A stretch of 63,991 bases of DNA, the filler included, from Barthelona sp. PAP020 (lineage: Eukaryota): the NCBI GenBank assembly GCA_040182905.1. It is 11 parts of 11 records of this genome, joined end to end, with 100 filler letters (N's around TTAATTAATTAA, not from the genome) between each part and the next. Parts side by side here need not be neighbours in the genome. Positions count along the whole stretch, not along the records: positions 18,046 to 23,935 come from JARQWU010000575.1; positions 24,036 to 29,909 come from JARQWU010000576.1; positions 30,010 to 35,836 come from JARQWU010000577.1; 8 more parts are not named here. One strand, written 5' to 3'. Positions 23,122 to 32,029 of the stretch are shown in pieces. The position numbers and the translations under genes are program-made. The stretch's first letter is position 1. The number at the start of each line of letters is the position of its first letter. The notes below the pieces were generated by a model. It did no database searches and was not told where the DNA came from. It saw nothing but the letters and a program-made list of their open reading frames with translations.

Positions 23122-23775
23122 ATGAAAACCAAATCTATTACGTTGAAGTTTCGAACAGCTTTGAAAAATCATCATTTAACTCAAAACGGATATGATCCAA
23201 ATACTTTTCCAAATGAATTGCGAAAAATTTTCAGTCGTGAGGAATATATTGAAATAACCAAGCTAATTTCTGATAATGCTAGCTTAAAAAGTGGTGATAA
23301 TGTGTTATTATTTGTGATTTTGATGTGTTTAGCATCAATCTTGTTTTTTTGTGGAATTTTTGCTGCTATATTTATTTCTCTTGGTGCATGTATGTTGATG
23401 TATGTTATTTCATTTATTGTTGGTTTGTTGGGACTTAGAATTATGACTTTAGGAAACAAACATGGAGAAATGGAATTTGAGGGCATCATAAGTCAAATCA
23501 ATGGCGTTTTAATTGATCACTGTATTTTTTTTGCAGTTGTTAATATTAATGCTGAAAAAGATTGTAGATTTGATGTTCGTGTAACATTTCCGGTTTCATT
23601 AGATAGACAAGAAGAGTTTGGTCGGTTAATTACTTCACTTCACAGGTTGAATCAACAGCAATACTCACAAGTCCAACCAAACTCACAAGTTTATTCCAAC
23701 ATGCAAGTAGAAACAGATTTTCAAAATATTGACAAGTTTGAACAGCAACAGACTTACCAACCATTGAGTTTTTAA
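23122..23775 (+). CDS. Hypothetical membrane protein (two adjacent hydrophobic helices)
   Basis: Hydrophobic stretch VLLFVILMCLASILFFCGIFAAIFISLGACMLMYVISFIVGLLGL; Gln-rich tail. Confidence 0.65.
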   Translation: MKTKSITLKFRTALKNHHLTQNGYDPNTFPNELRKIFSREEYIEITKLISDNASLKSGDNVLLFVILMCLASILFFCGIFAAIFISLGACMLMYVISFIVGLLGLRIMTLGNKHGEMEFEGIISQINGVLIDHCIFFAVVNINAEKDCRFDVRVTFPVSLDRQEEFGRLITSLHRLNQQQYSQVQPNSQVYSNMQVETDFQNIDKFEQQQTYQPLSF

Positions 23776-24035
23776 TATTGTAAATTTGTAGATCATTTAT
23801 TTTCAAACAAAAAAACAAGCGTTTTACTCATCATTATTATCATCTCTTTCAATGAAATTGTCTATTTGTTCTGGAGTATACTGTACAATTCCTTCTTTAT
23901 CACACAGAATCAAGTCAATTTGATCACTTTTCAACNNNNNNNNNNNNNNNNNNNNNNNNNNNNNNNNNNNNNNNNNNNNTTAATTAATTAANNNNNNNNN
24001 NNNNNNNNNNNNNNNNNNNNNNNNNNNNNNNNNNN

Positions 24036-24114
24036 CCATTTCTTCACCTTTATTGGGACATAACTGAATTTCTTTAATATAATTCATAAGTCCTCGAGAA
24101 TATATCGATGTCAT
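24036..24114 (-). CDS. Adaptor complex large subunit (AP-2 alpha-like), N-terminal fragment
   Basis: MTSIYSRGLMNYIKEIQLCPNKGEEM resembles alpha-adaptin MRGL..FISDIRNC.NKE.E; truncated by spacer. Confidence 0.55.
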
Positions 24115-24321
24115 GTTCTCTTTAAGTATATAAAAAAAAAGATTAGTTTTTTTTTTCAACAAAAAAATATTTTATAATGACATTACAAGCATAAAAATAT
24201 GTGGAATAAGGTGTTAAAACATAAAAACGAAGGTTGGAATGATTTCTGCTTTCTTTGCAAAAAGTGTTAAACTCATGTCAAAAATGATGAAATAAATCGA
24301 ATAATAAAATAATGAAATTGT

Positions 24322-25593
24322 TTATAGTATGAATTCTCTTTCTGAAAGATGAGTTGCAGTAAGATACCAAAAAACTCTGTTTGGAATTTCTGCAGGTCTG
24401 AAATCCAAACAACTATAAATATCTTTCAAAGTAATTTTTTTACGATCTTTCACAGGTTGAAAAGCATTCCATATATAACCAAATCTATCTCTACATTGAG
24501 TTGGATAATGATTACCAGACCCAAACCCAAAATTTGAAGAATCCAAATCTTCATGCATTTCTTTCAAAGTTGGGCGGTTTTCCATATGTACTTCGGCAAC
24601 TTTCTCAAAATTGCGTAAGAATAGCATCACATCATCCATAGTCCAGTAACCCTTGGATTCAATATCAACAATCTCAAAGATCATCTTATATGTTGCCTTT
24701 TGAGTTGGAAAACTTCTCAACAATTGGAAGTTCAAATAATTCTCAAAATCAATTCCAATATCACCATTCTCATTTTTTGAATGAAATTCATCGAAATATC
24801 CCTGCATGAACAACTGATTTCTATCACCTAACTTGATAAATGTTTCTTGCTTTATCAAATTTGTAATTTTATCTTTGGTTTGATTGAATTGATTTTCAGT
24901 TACCACAAAACGCTGGGGAGAAAACAAATTTCTTTCAGGATACATTGTGTCAAAAGCATCAAAAAATTGCTGAAAATGTTCATTAATCATCAGATCAAAT
25001 ATGGAATAATGATTCTTTTTATTAAGCAGAAAACTAAATATTACATACGCATATTCTGCATAGGGTTTGGCACTAGAACGATCAGTTTCTTTAGTTTTAT
25101 AGAAATCAGCAAAAAAATTTTTTAAAGACTCTTTTGAAACAATGTTATTTAAGTCTGAATATTTGACAAGTTTTAATACATTTAATAAAGTTTTGGAACG
25201 TTTAAACAAAACAGTTTTTAACAAATACTTACTGATTGAATTCTCTTCATCAAAAAATATCAATCCTTCTGAAAAATTGTAAATAGATTGAATTTTTTGC
25301 ATAAAAGGTTCATTTAAAATTCCTAAAACATCTTTATAATTCATATCAATAGGTAGCGCGTTGAAACGCTCCATAAAAAAAAATTCAAAATCAATCAAAG
25401 CATCATTCAATTCTAATAAATTACTTTTAAGTATTTTTTGATAAAGGGTATTTGAATTATTGTGTGGAATTCTTAATTGAAGCAAATCTTCTTTTGAATA
25501 TTGAAATATTAATTCTTCAAAGTTATTACTTTCATATGTGTTTTCATTATTCGTTATATAATTATGCAACAATTTTGCATTGTTTGTGGACAT
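24322..25593 (-). CDS. PP2A regulatory subunit B''-like EF-hand protein
   Basis: IDFENYLNF...YKMIFEIVDIESKGYWTMDDV...FQPVKDRKKITLKDI matches the PPP2R3 C-terminal pattern; start set at MSTNN to avoid overlap with the divergent gene. Confidence 0.65.
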   Translation of the reverse strand: MSTNNAKLLHNYITNNENTYESNNFEELIFQYSKEDLLQLRIPHNNSNTLYQKILKSNLLELNDALIDFEFFFMERFNALPIDMNYKDVLGILNEPFMQKIQSIYNFSEGLIFFDEENSISKYLLKTVLFKRSKTLLNVLKLVKYSDLNNIVSKESLKNFFADFYKTKETDRSSAKPYAEYAYVIFSFLLNKKNHYSIFDLMINEHFQQFFDAFDTMYPERNLFSPQRFVVTENQFNQTKDKITNLIKQETFIKLGDRNQLFMQGYFDEFHSKNENGDIGIDFENYLNFQLLRSFPTQKATYKMIFEIVDIESKGYWTMDDVMLFLRNFEKVAEVHMENRPTLKEMHEDLDSSNFGFGSGNHYPTQCRDRFGYIWNAFQPVKDRKKITLKDIYSCLDFRPAEIPNRVFWYLTATHLSEREFIL

Positions 25594-25666
25594 GTTGCGA
25601 TGCAAAAAAATTTTTTTATTGCCATTTCCATAACATTTTTTTTTTGTGATTCGAGCAATATTTTCT

Positions 25667-26875
25667 ATGTCTATTATCGTTAATAACAGTTTAGACGGTT
25701 TAATTGTTAAATTTGTCGTGAAACATTTCGGGCTTGAACCGATTTTTGAAAAACCCATTGTGGAAGATAATAGTCTGCCATCTTCTGTTTTTGTTGAACA
25801 AGGAAATATTACTAATTATGGTTGTTTATCAATATTAACAAAACTAGCAGAATATTTGCCTGCTTCTTTTCTTTCTTTTGATTACAAAGATTCCAATCTC
25901 AAAAACTTTGATAGCATTAGATATTCATTGATTTCTCAATACACAAATGATGCTATCAACTGTTCGAATTCAAATGAACATGCTTTTACTTTTTTAAATG
26001 AATTGAACAGAATTTTATTGGACCAAACCTTTTTATTGGGTTCTGAAATGACTTTAAGTGATATTGCAGTTGGTTTACTTGCTCATGAATGGTATTGTCA
26101 ACATGATTTGGGAAAGAACCCTTTGTCGGGTATTGTCAGATTGATTTTCTTTTTGCAACAATTGCCTGCATTTTCGGTAATTGGTTCTCCTATTCCTATG
26201 GAATTACATTCATTTATTCTTCCAAAGCCCAAGGGTAAAAATACTGATTCCCATAAGGATGGTAAGGAAAAACAAAAAGGAAATGGCGAAAAAAATGAAA
26301 AAAAAGAAAAGAAAGAGAAGAAAGAAAAAAAGGAAAAGAAAGAAAAGCCACCTAAAGCCCCAAAAGTTACAGCTTTGCCTGAACAACAAGTTAAAATTAT
26401 TATTGGACGTGTTCTCAGTGTTCAACCTCATCCTGACCCTGAAGCAGGTAAAACTTGGATGGAAGAAATTGATTGTGGAGAAGGAAAACCCCGAGTCATT
26501 CTTTCTGCTTTGAGAGAACATGTAACAGAAGAAGAATTTGTTGGAAAATTGGTGGCAGTTGTTGCAAACCTTGAACCAAGACCGTTAAAAGGCATCACTT
26601 CATATGGTATGGTTTTATGTGCTGCAAATGAAGATCACACTCATGTTGAGTTATTAAATATTCCTGAAGATTGTGAAGTTGGAGAAATTATTTCTATTGA
26701 AGGTGTTGAGGCCCAACATGAGGAAAAATTAAAAACCAAAAAGAAAGTTTTCCCCAAATTTGCTGAAAATTTAGTCACAGATGAAAACAAGATGGTTGTT
26801 CACGACGGAAGAAGATTATTGTCCTCAAAAGGACCGTTATTTGCTCCCACATTAGCCAATGTCCATGTTTCATAA
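25667..26875 (+). CDS. Arc1p/AIMP1-like aminoacyl-tRNA synthetase cofactor (GST-like C domain + Lys-rich linker + EMAPII-type tRNA-binding OB fold)
   Basis: LNELNRILLDQTFLLGSEMTLSDIAV; IIIGRVLSVQPHPD...EEIDCGEGKPRVILS...VANLEPRPLKGITSYGMVLCA. Confidence 0.85.
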   Translation: MSIIVNNSLDGLIVKFVVKHFGLEPIFEKPIVEDNSLPSSVFVEQGNITNYGCLSILTKLAEYLPASFLSFDYKDSNLKNFDSIRYSLISQYTNDAINCSNSNEHAFTFLNELNRILLDQTFLLGSEMTLSDIAVGLLAHEWYCQHDLGKNPLSGIVRLIFFLQQLPAFSVIGSPIPMELHSFILPKPKGKNTDSHKDGKEKQKGNGEKNEKKEKKEKKEKKEKKEKPPKAPKVTALPEQQVKIIIGRVLSVQPHPDPEAGKTWMEEIDCGEGKPRVILSALREHVTEEEFVGKLVAVVANLEPRPLKGITSYGMVLCAANEDHTHVELLNIPEDCEVGEIISIEGVEAQHEEKLKTKKKVFPKFAENLVTDENKMVVHDGRRLLSSKGPLFAPTLANVHVS

Positions 26876-26949
26876 ATGTTTGTTCTTTGTCTTGATTTGA
26901 AGATCGTTTTTTTTTTCATTTTTTAAATTTTTTATCGTTCAAATTAATT

Positions 26950-27363
26950 ATGTCAGACGAATCTAAGTTGAAAAATACCAAACAATACATAGAAGATAAC
27001 CATATTTTCACACTTTTCCAGACATTATCAAAAAGTGTTTTATTTAAAGTTTCACAAGGCCATTTTTCTCCTGATTTAGATTTAAAAACATTATTTTTAC
27101 AAGAAATTAACGAAAGATTGGCTCAAAGAAAAACAGGATATTTTAAACCTCTTTTGGATGAACAAGAATTGAGAGTCTATTTTCAAGAATGTGATTTGAC
27201 AAAATCGGGGCATTTAAGCAAGAGCGTAGCTGAGACAGCAGTCAGAGACTTACAAATTGGAAAATTCATGGAAATTCCCGAAAAAGGTTGTACTGAAAAT
27301 GAATTTGTAAAGATTTGCGTTGACGGCTTTCAAGAAATGTATTCACAAATATTTTCTCTTTAG
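26950..27363 (+). CDS. EFCAB10-like protein (RIIa-type docking helix + EF-hand)
   Basis: YIEDNHIFTLFQTLSKSVLF; YFQECDLTKSGHLS. Confidence 0.6.
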   Translation: MSDESKLKNTKQYIEDNHIFTLFQTLSKSVLFKVSQGHFSPDLDLKTLFLQEINERLAQRKTGYFKPLLDEQELRVYFQECDLTKSGHLSKSVAETAVRDLQIGKFMEIPEKGCTENEFVKICVDGFQEMYSQIFSL

Positions 27364-27531
27364 TTTTATCCGGAATATATTTTCATTCCTCCCTCTTTTT
27401 TTTTAAATGTGCACTTTCTCTTTGTAATTTCAATTTTTTATCATAAATACTTTATTTGTTTATTTATTTGAAGGAAGTTTTTAAATTGATCAATTTTTCT
27501 TTCTCCTATTTTTTAAAATTTCAGTTCAGAA

Positions 27532-28665
27532 ATGAGTGTGTCACATTCAGTTCATTCCAGTCGATCGGGAGCTGTTGTTCCAAAATATTATTTACCATGG
27601 AGAAATGAAGAAGAAGATGCAGAAGAAGTTGAAGATGAAATTCGATTTATAACAAAGAATAATGAATTTCTTGCATTTGAAAATACATTATTGAATGCGT
27701 TTTTGAATCAAAATTTGGGATCAATATCTTTTTATGATGAATCGAATTTAAATACTCGTTCTCAGGCAAATCAACGGAGAAGAAGAAACAAAATACCTTT
27801 TATTACATTTCCTCAAAGAATAGAAATCGCTACTAAGATTATTGATTCTTACAAGGAAGATATTGTAAAAATTGAAGATGATTCTGAAAAAATGGCAGAA
27901 AGATTGACATGTATGTTGAAAGCAACAAAAGAAAGAATTGTTGAAATTAAAAATGAAGCTTTTCAGTTCAAAAAAGATTGTTTGCCTATTAACAAAAAAA
28001 ATGATTTGAAATCCATGGATTCATTGCCTACAATTACGCCTAATTCAAGAACAACAACAAATCCTAGAAATGTAGACACATCCATTCAAGCTGAAAAGAT
28101 TATTCGACATTTGGAGAATTTGATCAAACAAAAGACAAATAAAATTGAAAAAACCAGATTATCTATCACTGCCAATCGCTCAAAAGCATCTAAAATGCAA
28201 ACACAGATTGCTCAAAAAGAAAGGTTTGGAGAAACTTTTCAAAGAATCGATTATGAAGAATTAAAAATTGAAAAAAGGCAATTTGAAGAGACTTTACAGA
28301 AAAAGAACAGTGAATTGTTAAACTTAAAATTGATTGCAGGTAATAGCATCACTCAACTTCAAAGTACAAGAGATATATTGAATAAATTGGAAACAGAAGC
28401 CAACGCCATCAAATCAAATATTAAAAATGAATCCAACTTGATTGCTAAACTCAACAATGACATTAAACAGGTGTTGAATGAAAATGAAAAATTGAAACAG
28501 AGAATAAAGGTATTAAAATTACAAGCAGAAAAAGGACATGGTCCTGGACCGGAAGATTATAGACAACTAATTAGAACCGCTGCAGAACTTGAAAAAGAAA
28601 TTGCCACCTTAAAAAGACAAGTCAGCATTCATGGTGGTGTTGAAAAAAGAATTATCAGTGAATAA
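27532..28665 (+). CDS. CCDC113: Ciliary coiled-coil protein CCDC113/CFAP263
   Basis: QKERFGETFQRIDYEELKIEKRQFEETLQKKNSELLNLKLIAGNSITQL matches the DUF4201 core. Confidence 0.75.
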   Translation: MSVSHSVHSSRSGAVVPKYYLPWRNEEEDAEEVEDEIRFITKNNEFLAFENTLLNAFLNQNLGSISFYDESNLNTRSQANQRRRRNKIPFITFPQRIEIATKIIDSYKEDIVKIEDDSEKMAERLTCMLKATKERIVEIKNEAFQFKKDCLPINKKNDLKSMDSLPTITPNSRTTTNPRNVDTSIQAEKIIRHLENLIKQKTNKIEKTRLSITANRSKASKMQTQIAQKERFGETFQRIDYEELKIEKRQFEETLQKKNSELLNLKLIAGNSITQLQSTRDILNKLETEANAIKSNIKNESNLIAKLNNDIKQVLNENEKLKQRIKVLKLQAEKGHGPGPEDYRQLIRTAAELEKEIATLKRQVSIHGGVEKRIISE

Positions 28666-28822
28666 TTTTATCAGTGTAAAGATGTTAAATTCATATAAAG
28701 GAAGCTGTATTTTTTCAGAATTTTTTTTTTTTTGACCAAAGACCAAAATAGAGGAAAAAAAAGTGTGGTTTAAAACAAGGATTTATTTTGAAGAACAAAA
28801 AAATTGTGGTTTTCAAAAGAAA

Positions 28823-29269
28823 TCACAATTCAATAAATTTGATTATTTCTTCCCCGCAAACTGGACATTCTTTGTCCAATGGTATTAATTCTTCAACTAC
28901 ATCACAGAATAAGCATCCACAAGGGAATGATATTAAAAACCGGTTGTTGTCATTTGAATACTTTTCTTGAGTCAAAGGACAATACCATCCACTCATATCA
29001 TTCGATGTAGAATAAACATTAACACTAACGTAATCATCATTCAAAAGATGCTCAAATTCTTTTGGAATTTCGTTTATTTCTTTAGCTATTTCGATTGATT
29101 TTAGATTAAAGAGGTCTCCATTGTTATCAATAACAACAGGTAATTCTAATTTCTGGCCAGTTAATTTGCATTCCTTAGGATTTGTATGTTTTTGTAAATA
29201 ATTGTTATTTGAGGACAAAGTTGTTTTAAAATCTTTGCTTTTCAACCTAATTCCACCATCAGCGCCCAT
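28823..29269 (-). CDS. RTF2: Replication termination factor 2 (Rtf2 RING-like), compact
   Basis: MGADGG start, CKLTGQKL..PVV, YCPLTQ, PCGCLF, CPVCGE. Confidence 0.75.
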   Translation of the reverse strand: MGADGGIRLKSKDFKTTLSSNNNYLQKHTNPKECKLTGQKLELPVVIDNNGDLFNLKSIEIAKEINEIPKEFEHLLNDDYVSVNVYSTSNDMSGWYCPLTQEKYSNDNNRFLISFPCGCLFCDVVEELIPLDKECPVCGEEIIKFIEL

Positions 29270-29469
29270 ATACAAATAGAACAATGATTTTAAAAGAATA
29301 TATCAAATTAATTTATGAAATTTTAATTTTCTTGTGCAAACACAAATTTTTAGATGAGTTGACTGAATACCCTATTTTTAATGTTAATAATAAATTGGTA
29401 AAATGTGTAAGATTTGAATTATTCATCAAAATTCAACGGAAAAAATGACACAATTTTCCTTTTATTCAA

Positions 29470-29909
29470 ATGAGTCAAGAAAAAAAGGGTATTAATGTTA
29501 AAATGGCATTAGCCATTACGGGTTTAAAAAATTTCTGTGATTTAATCTAACAATTTTAGGGATGATGATCTTTGGGACTGGAACTATGGTTTCATCCAAA
29601 ATGCAAATGCAAATGAAAGCTTTTGGACGTAATCACCATCGTCATTTTTTTGAAAAGCCCTGGTTTCAATCCACATCAATGTTTTTGTCCATGTCTATTT
29701 CTATGATTGTTTATTTTATTGATAAAGCTATGTCTAAGAGCAGTTCTAAAAAAGTTGATGCTACTCCTTTAATTAATGCTTCACAAGAAAGTCAGGAATC
29801 GGAAAAGGATAACTCTGCTTTCTTTTTAATTGGAGTGCCTGCTTTGTTTGATCTATTGGCTACAACTTTAATGTCATTTGGTTTGATATTTATCAATGTT
29901 TCCATCATG
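29470..29909 (+). CDS. SLC35F6-like drug/metabolite transporter, N-terminal part; exons 29470-29521 and 29560 onward (3' truncated)
   Basis: GMMIFGTGT, FEKPWFQSTSMFLSM, VPALFDLLATTL; 38-nt intron 29522-29559 (GTTTAA...CTAACAATTTTAG). Confidence 0.75.
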
Positions 29910-30426
29910 NNNNNNNNNNNNNNNNNNNNNNNNNNNNNNNNNNNNNNNNNNNNTTAATTAATTAANNNNNNNNNNNNNNNNNNNNNNNNNNNNNNNNNNN
30001 NNNNNNNNNCAGCTGATGTCAAGGGAAGAAGAAGGGCCAGAGACAAAAAGGCTCAACCACCAGTTTTACCCTTCAAATAAGCATCCATCGTTTTTATTTG
30101 TTATCCTTTAAGCCAAGAGATTTAAGGTTCGGAATTCTAGTCAATAAACAAATTTTTGCCATTTTTTATTCATACGGTCATCACACATTGCTTTTCAGTT
30201 CGTCTTGTCACTCTTTTGTACCATGTACAACTCCAGAACACAGAAAAACATTTTGAAAAATGTGTATTTTTTTTCTTTTTCGACGATTTTTTAATAAAGA
30301 AGATACAATCAATTGATATTTAAGATACAATTGAATAAATTTTTATGGGAAAAAGTCAAGATTTTTTTTCACCGAGAAAACAATAATAATTCAAATTGAT
30401 CTTTTAATCATATTTTCTAATATATA

Positions 30427-30999
30427 ATGGTACATTCTTTACCTCTTGACGCTTCAGTTGATGATTATGAACTTGAAATTTTAATGGCTAATCTTTACAA
30501 AGTCCAACACCAATCTGAAGAAGGTTTGGGCAGTTTTCTTGGAGAACGTTTTTATGCTTTTGTTTGTAAGAAATTTGATCTTGATAAAAATACAAAGCGC
30601 ACAGCTCAAGAACTTCAAAAGATTCGTGATCATCTTACTGAATTAGATTTTGAAGCTGGCCAAGCATGTATTCCCATTCAATATTTTAATGAATTTGTTG
30701 AGAAGGATTTAAAGCCTCATATTGTTGAGAAATTTTGTGAAGCTGATGAAAGCATTCCACGCAACAAACTTTTTGAAATATCCAGTTACATTTTTGCTTT
30801 GGATGAAAATATGACTGAAGAAGAAATTGCTGAAGAAAAGGAAGCCATGGAAACTGAATTCTATGATGAATTAACTGAGGGAAACGACAAATTGTATTTT
30901 GATAATTATTGGGATGTTATGGGAAGCATGATAATTGAAGCCGCCTTTTTGGGAGATGATGATAGTTATGACGATATTGGTGATGACTATGAAGATTAA
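30427..30999 (+). CDS. Hypothetical acidic protein
   Basis: 190-codon ATG-initiated ORF with host-like codon usage; no motif recognised. Confidence 0.6.
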   Translation: MVHSLPLDASVDDYELEILMANLYKVQHQSEEGLGSFLGERFYAFVCKKFDLDKNTKRTAQELQKIRDHLTELDFEAGQACIPIQYFNEFVEKDLKPHIVEKFCEADESIPRNKLFEISSYIFALDENMTEEEIAEEKEAMETEFYDELTEGNDKLYFDNYWDVMGSMIIEAAFLGDDDSYDDIGDDYED

Positions 31000-31398
31000 A
31001 GAAATTTTGTCACTCACTTTGATTTTTATTTGTAAGAAGTAAATTATTGAAAATATTTTTTTAAATTTTGGTTGTCAAAAAACCCACTTTTCTTCATTGA
31101 GTTTCGGTATTTTGTTAAAATGGACAATGATTTCTTTCTTAAGAGTTTGGAATTTTTGTTTCATAAAGGGGTTGTCTATTTTATACATTTAAATATTTTT
31201 ATAATAGTCAAATAATGGAATTGTGCAAAAAAAGAATTATCAGATAAAATATGAGGTATGAATTGTTCAGTGAATAGCGAAACGAGTTAGCTTAAGGTTT
31301 GGGAAAAACTGACGTGGATTCAAATGCCCAACTAACTTAAAAAATTGGACCCAAAGGTGGTCAAGAAACAACAAATAAAGGAAGTGATATTTGATGAG

Positions 31399-31826
31399 TT
31401 ATTTCCAAGCCAAGAAGCACTGTGCGTATGAGTGAATAAAAAAGAATAGCGTTTATTTGGTTAAAGGCTTTCGAGGCCCGATTGATCTGTTGAAAAATTT
31501 TAGATTTTCTAAGGTAATGTTCAAACTTCAAAATTTTGCTTTTGCAAAAATTCAAAAAAATAGGAATGAAGAATTTTGGAGAAATTCTCCTACTTGATCG
31601 TTCAAATTACATTCCAGTCCCTCAATTCCCCTCCTAGGATTTTGACCGAAATTTGCTAGAATGAGTTTTCTGAGTTTACTTTCTTTGTAAATAAATATAG
31701 TTGTTTCACTTCTAATAAATTCTTTTCATAAAGCATGAACTTCCACAATATATCATAAATATTATTTTCAAGCTAAGAAGCACTGTGCCCATGAGCGAAT
31801 AAAAAAAAAAATTGTGTTTATTTGGT
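31399..31826 (+). repeat. Dispersed repeat, copy B (31399-31709), plus a restarted partial unit (31762-31826)
   Basis: ~310-bp similarity to 41433-41750; the head ttattt.caagc.aagaagcactgtgc recurs 363 bp later. Confidence 0.85.
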
Positions 31827-31949
31827 ATTATTGTAAATATTAATAATATTTAATTTTTACAAATTTCTCCTTTTTATGAATTTAAATAATATTCAAAATT
31901 AATATTAAAATCACAAAATTAATATGTTTTGTCCCAAATCACTTTCAGT

Positions 31950-32021
31950 TCTTTCGTAGTGTAGTGGTCATCATTCAAGCCTGTCACGCTTGGGACCGGG
32001 GTTCGATTCCCCGCGAGAGAG
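31950..32021 (+). tRNA. tRNA-Asp (GTC)
   Basis: Acceptor TCTTTCG/CGAGAGA, anticodon stem CAAGC/GCTTG with loop CTGTCAC, T-arm CGGGG-TTCGATT-CCCCG, discriminator G, TTTT terminator at 32024-32027. Confidence 0.95.
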
Positions 32022-32029
32022 AGTTTTGA

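Noticed and set aside
23825..23935. Proteasome alpha-subunit-like C-terminus on the minus strand (YTPEQIDNFIER)
   Set aside because: Requires frameshifts within ~110 bp at a contig edge; too short to support
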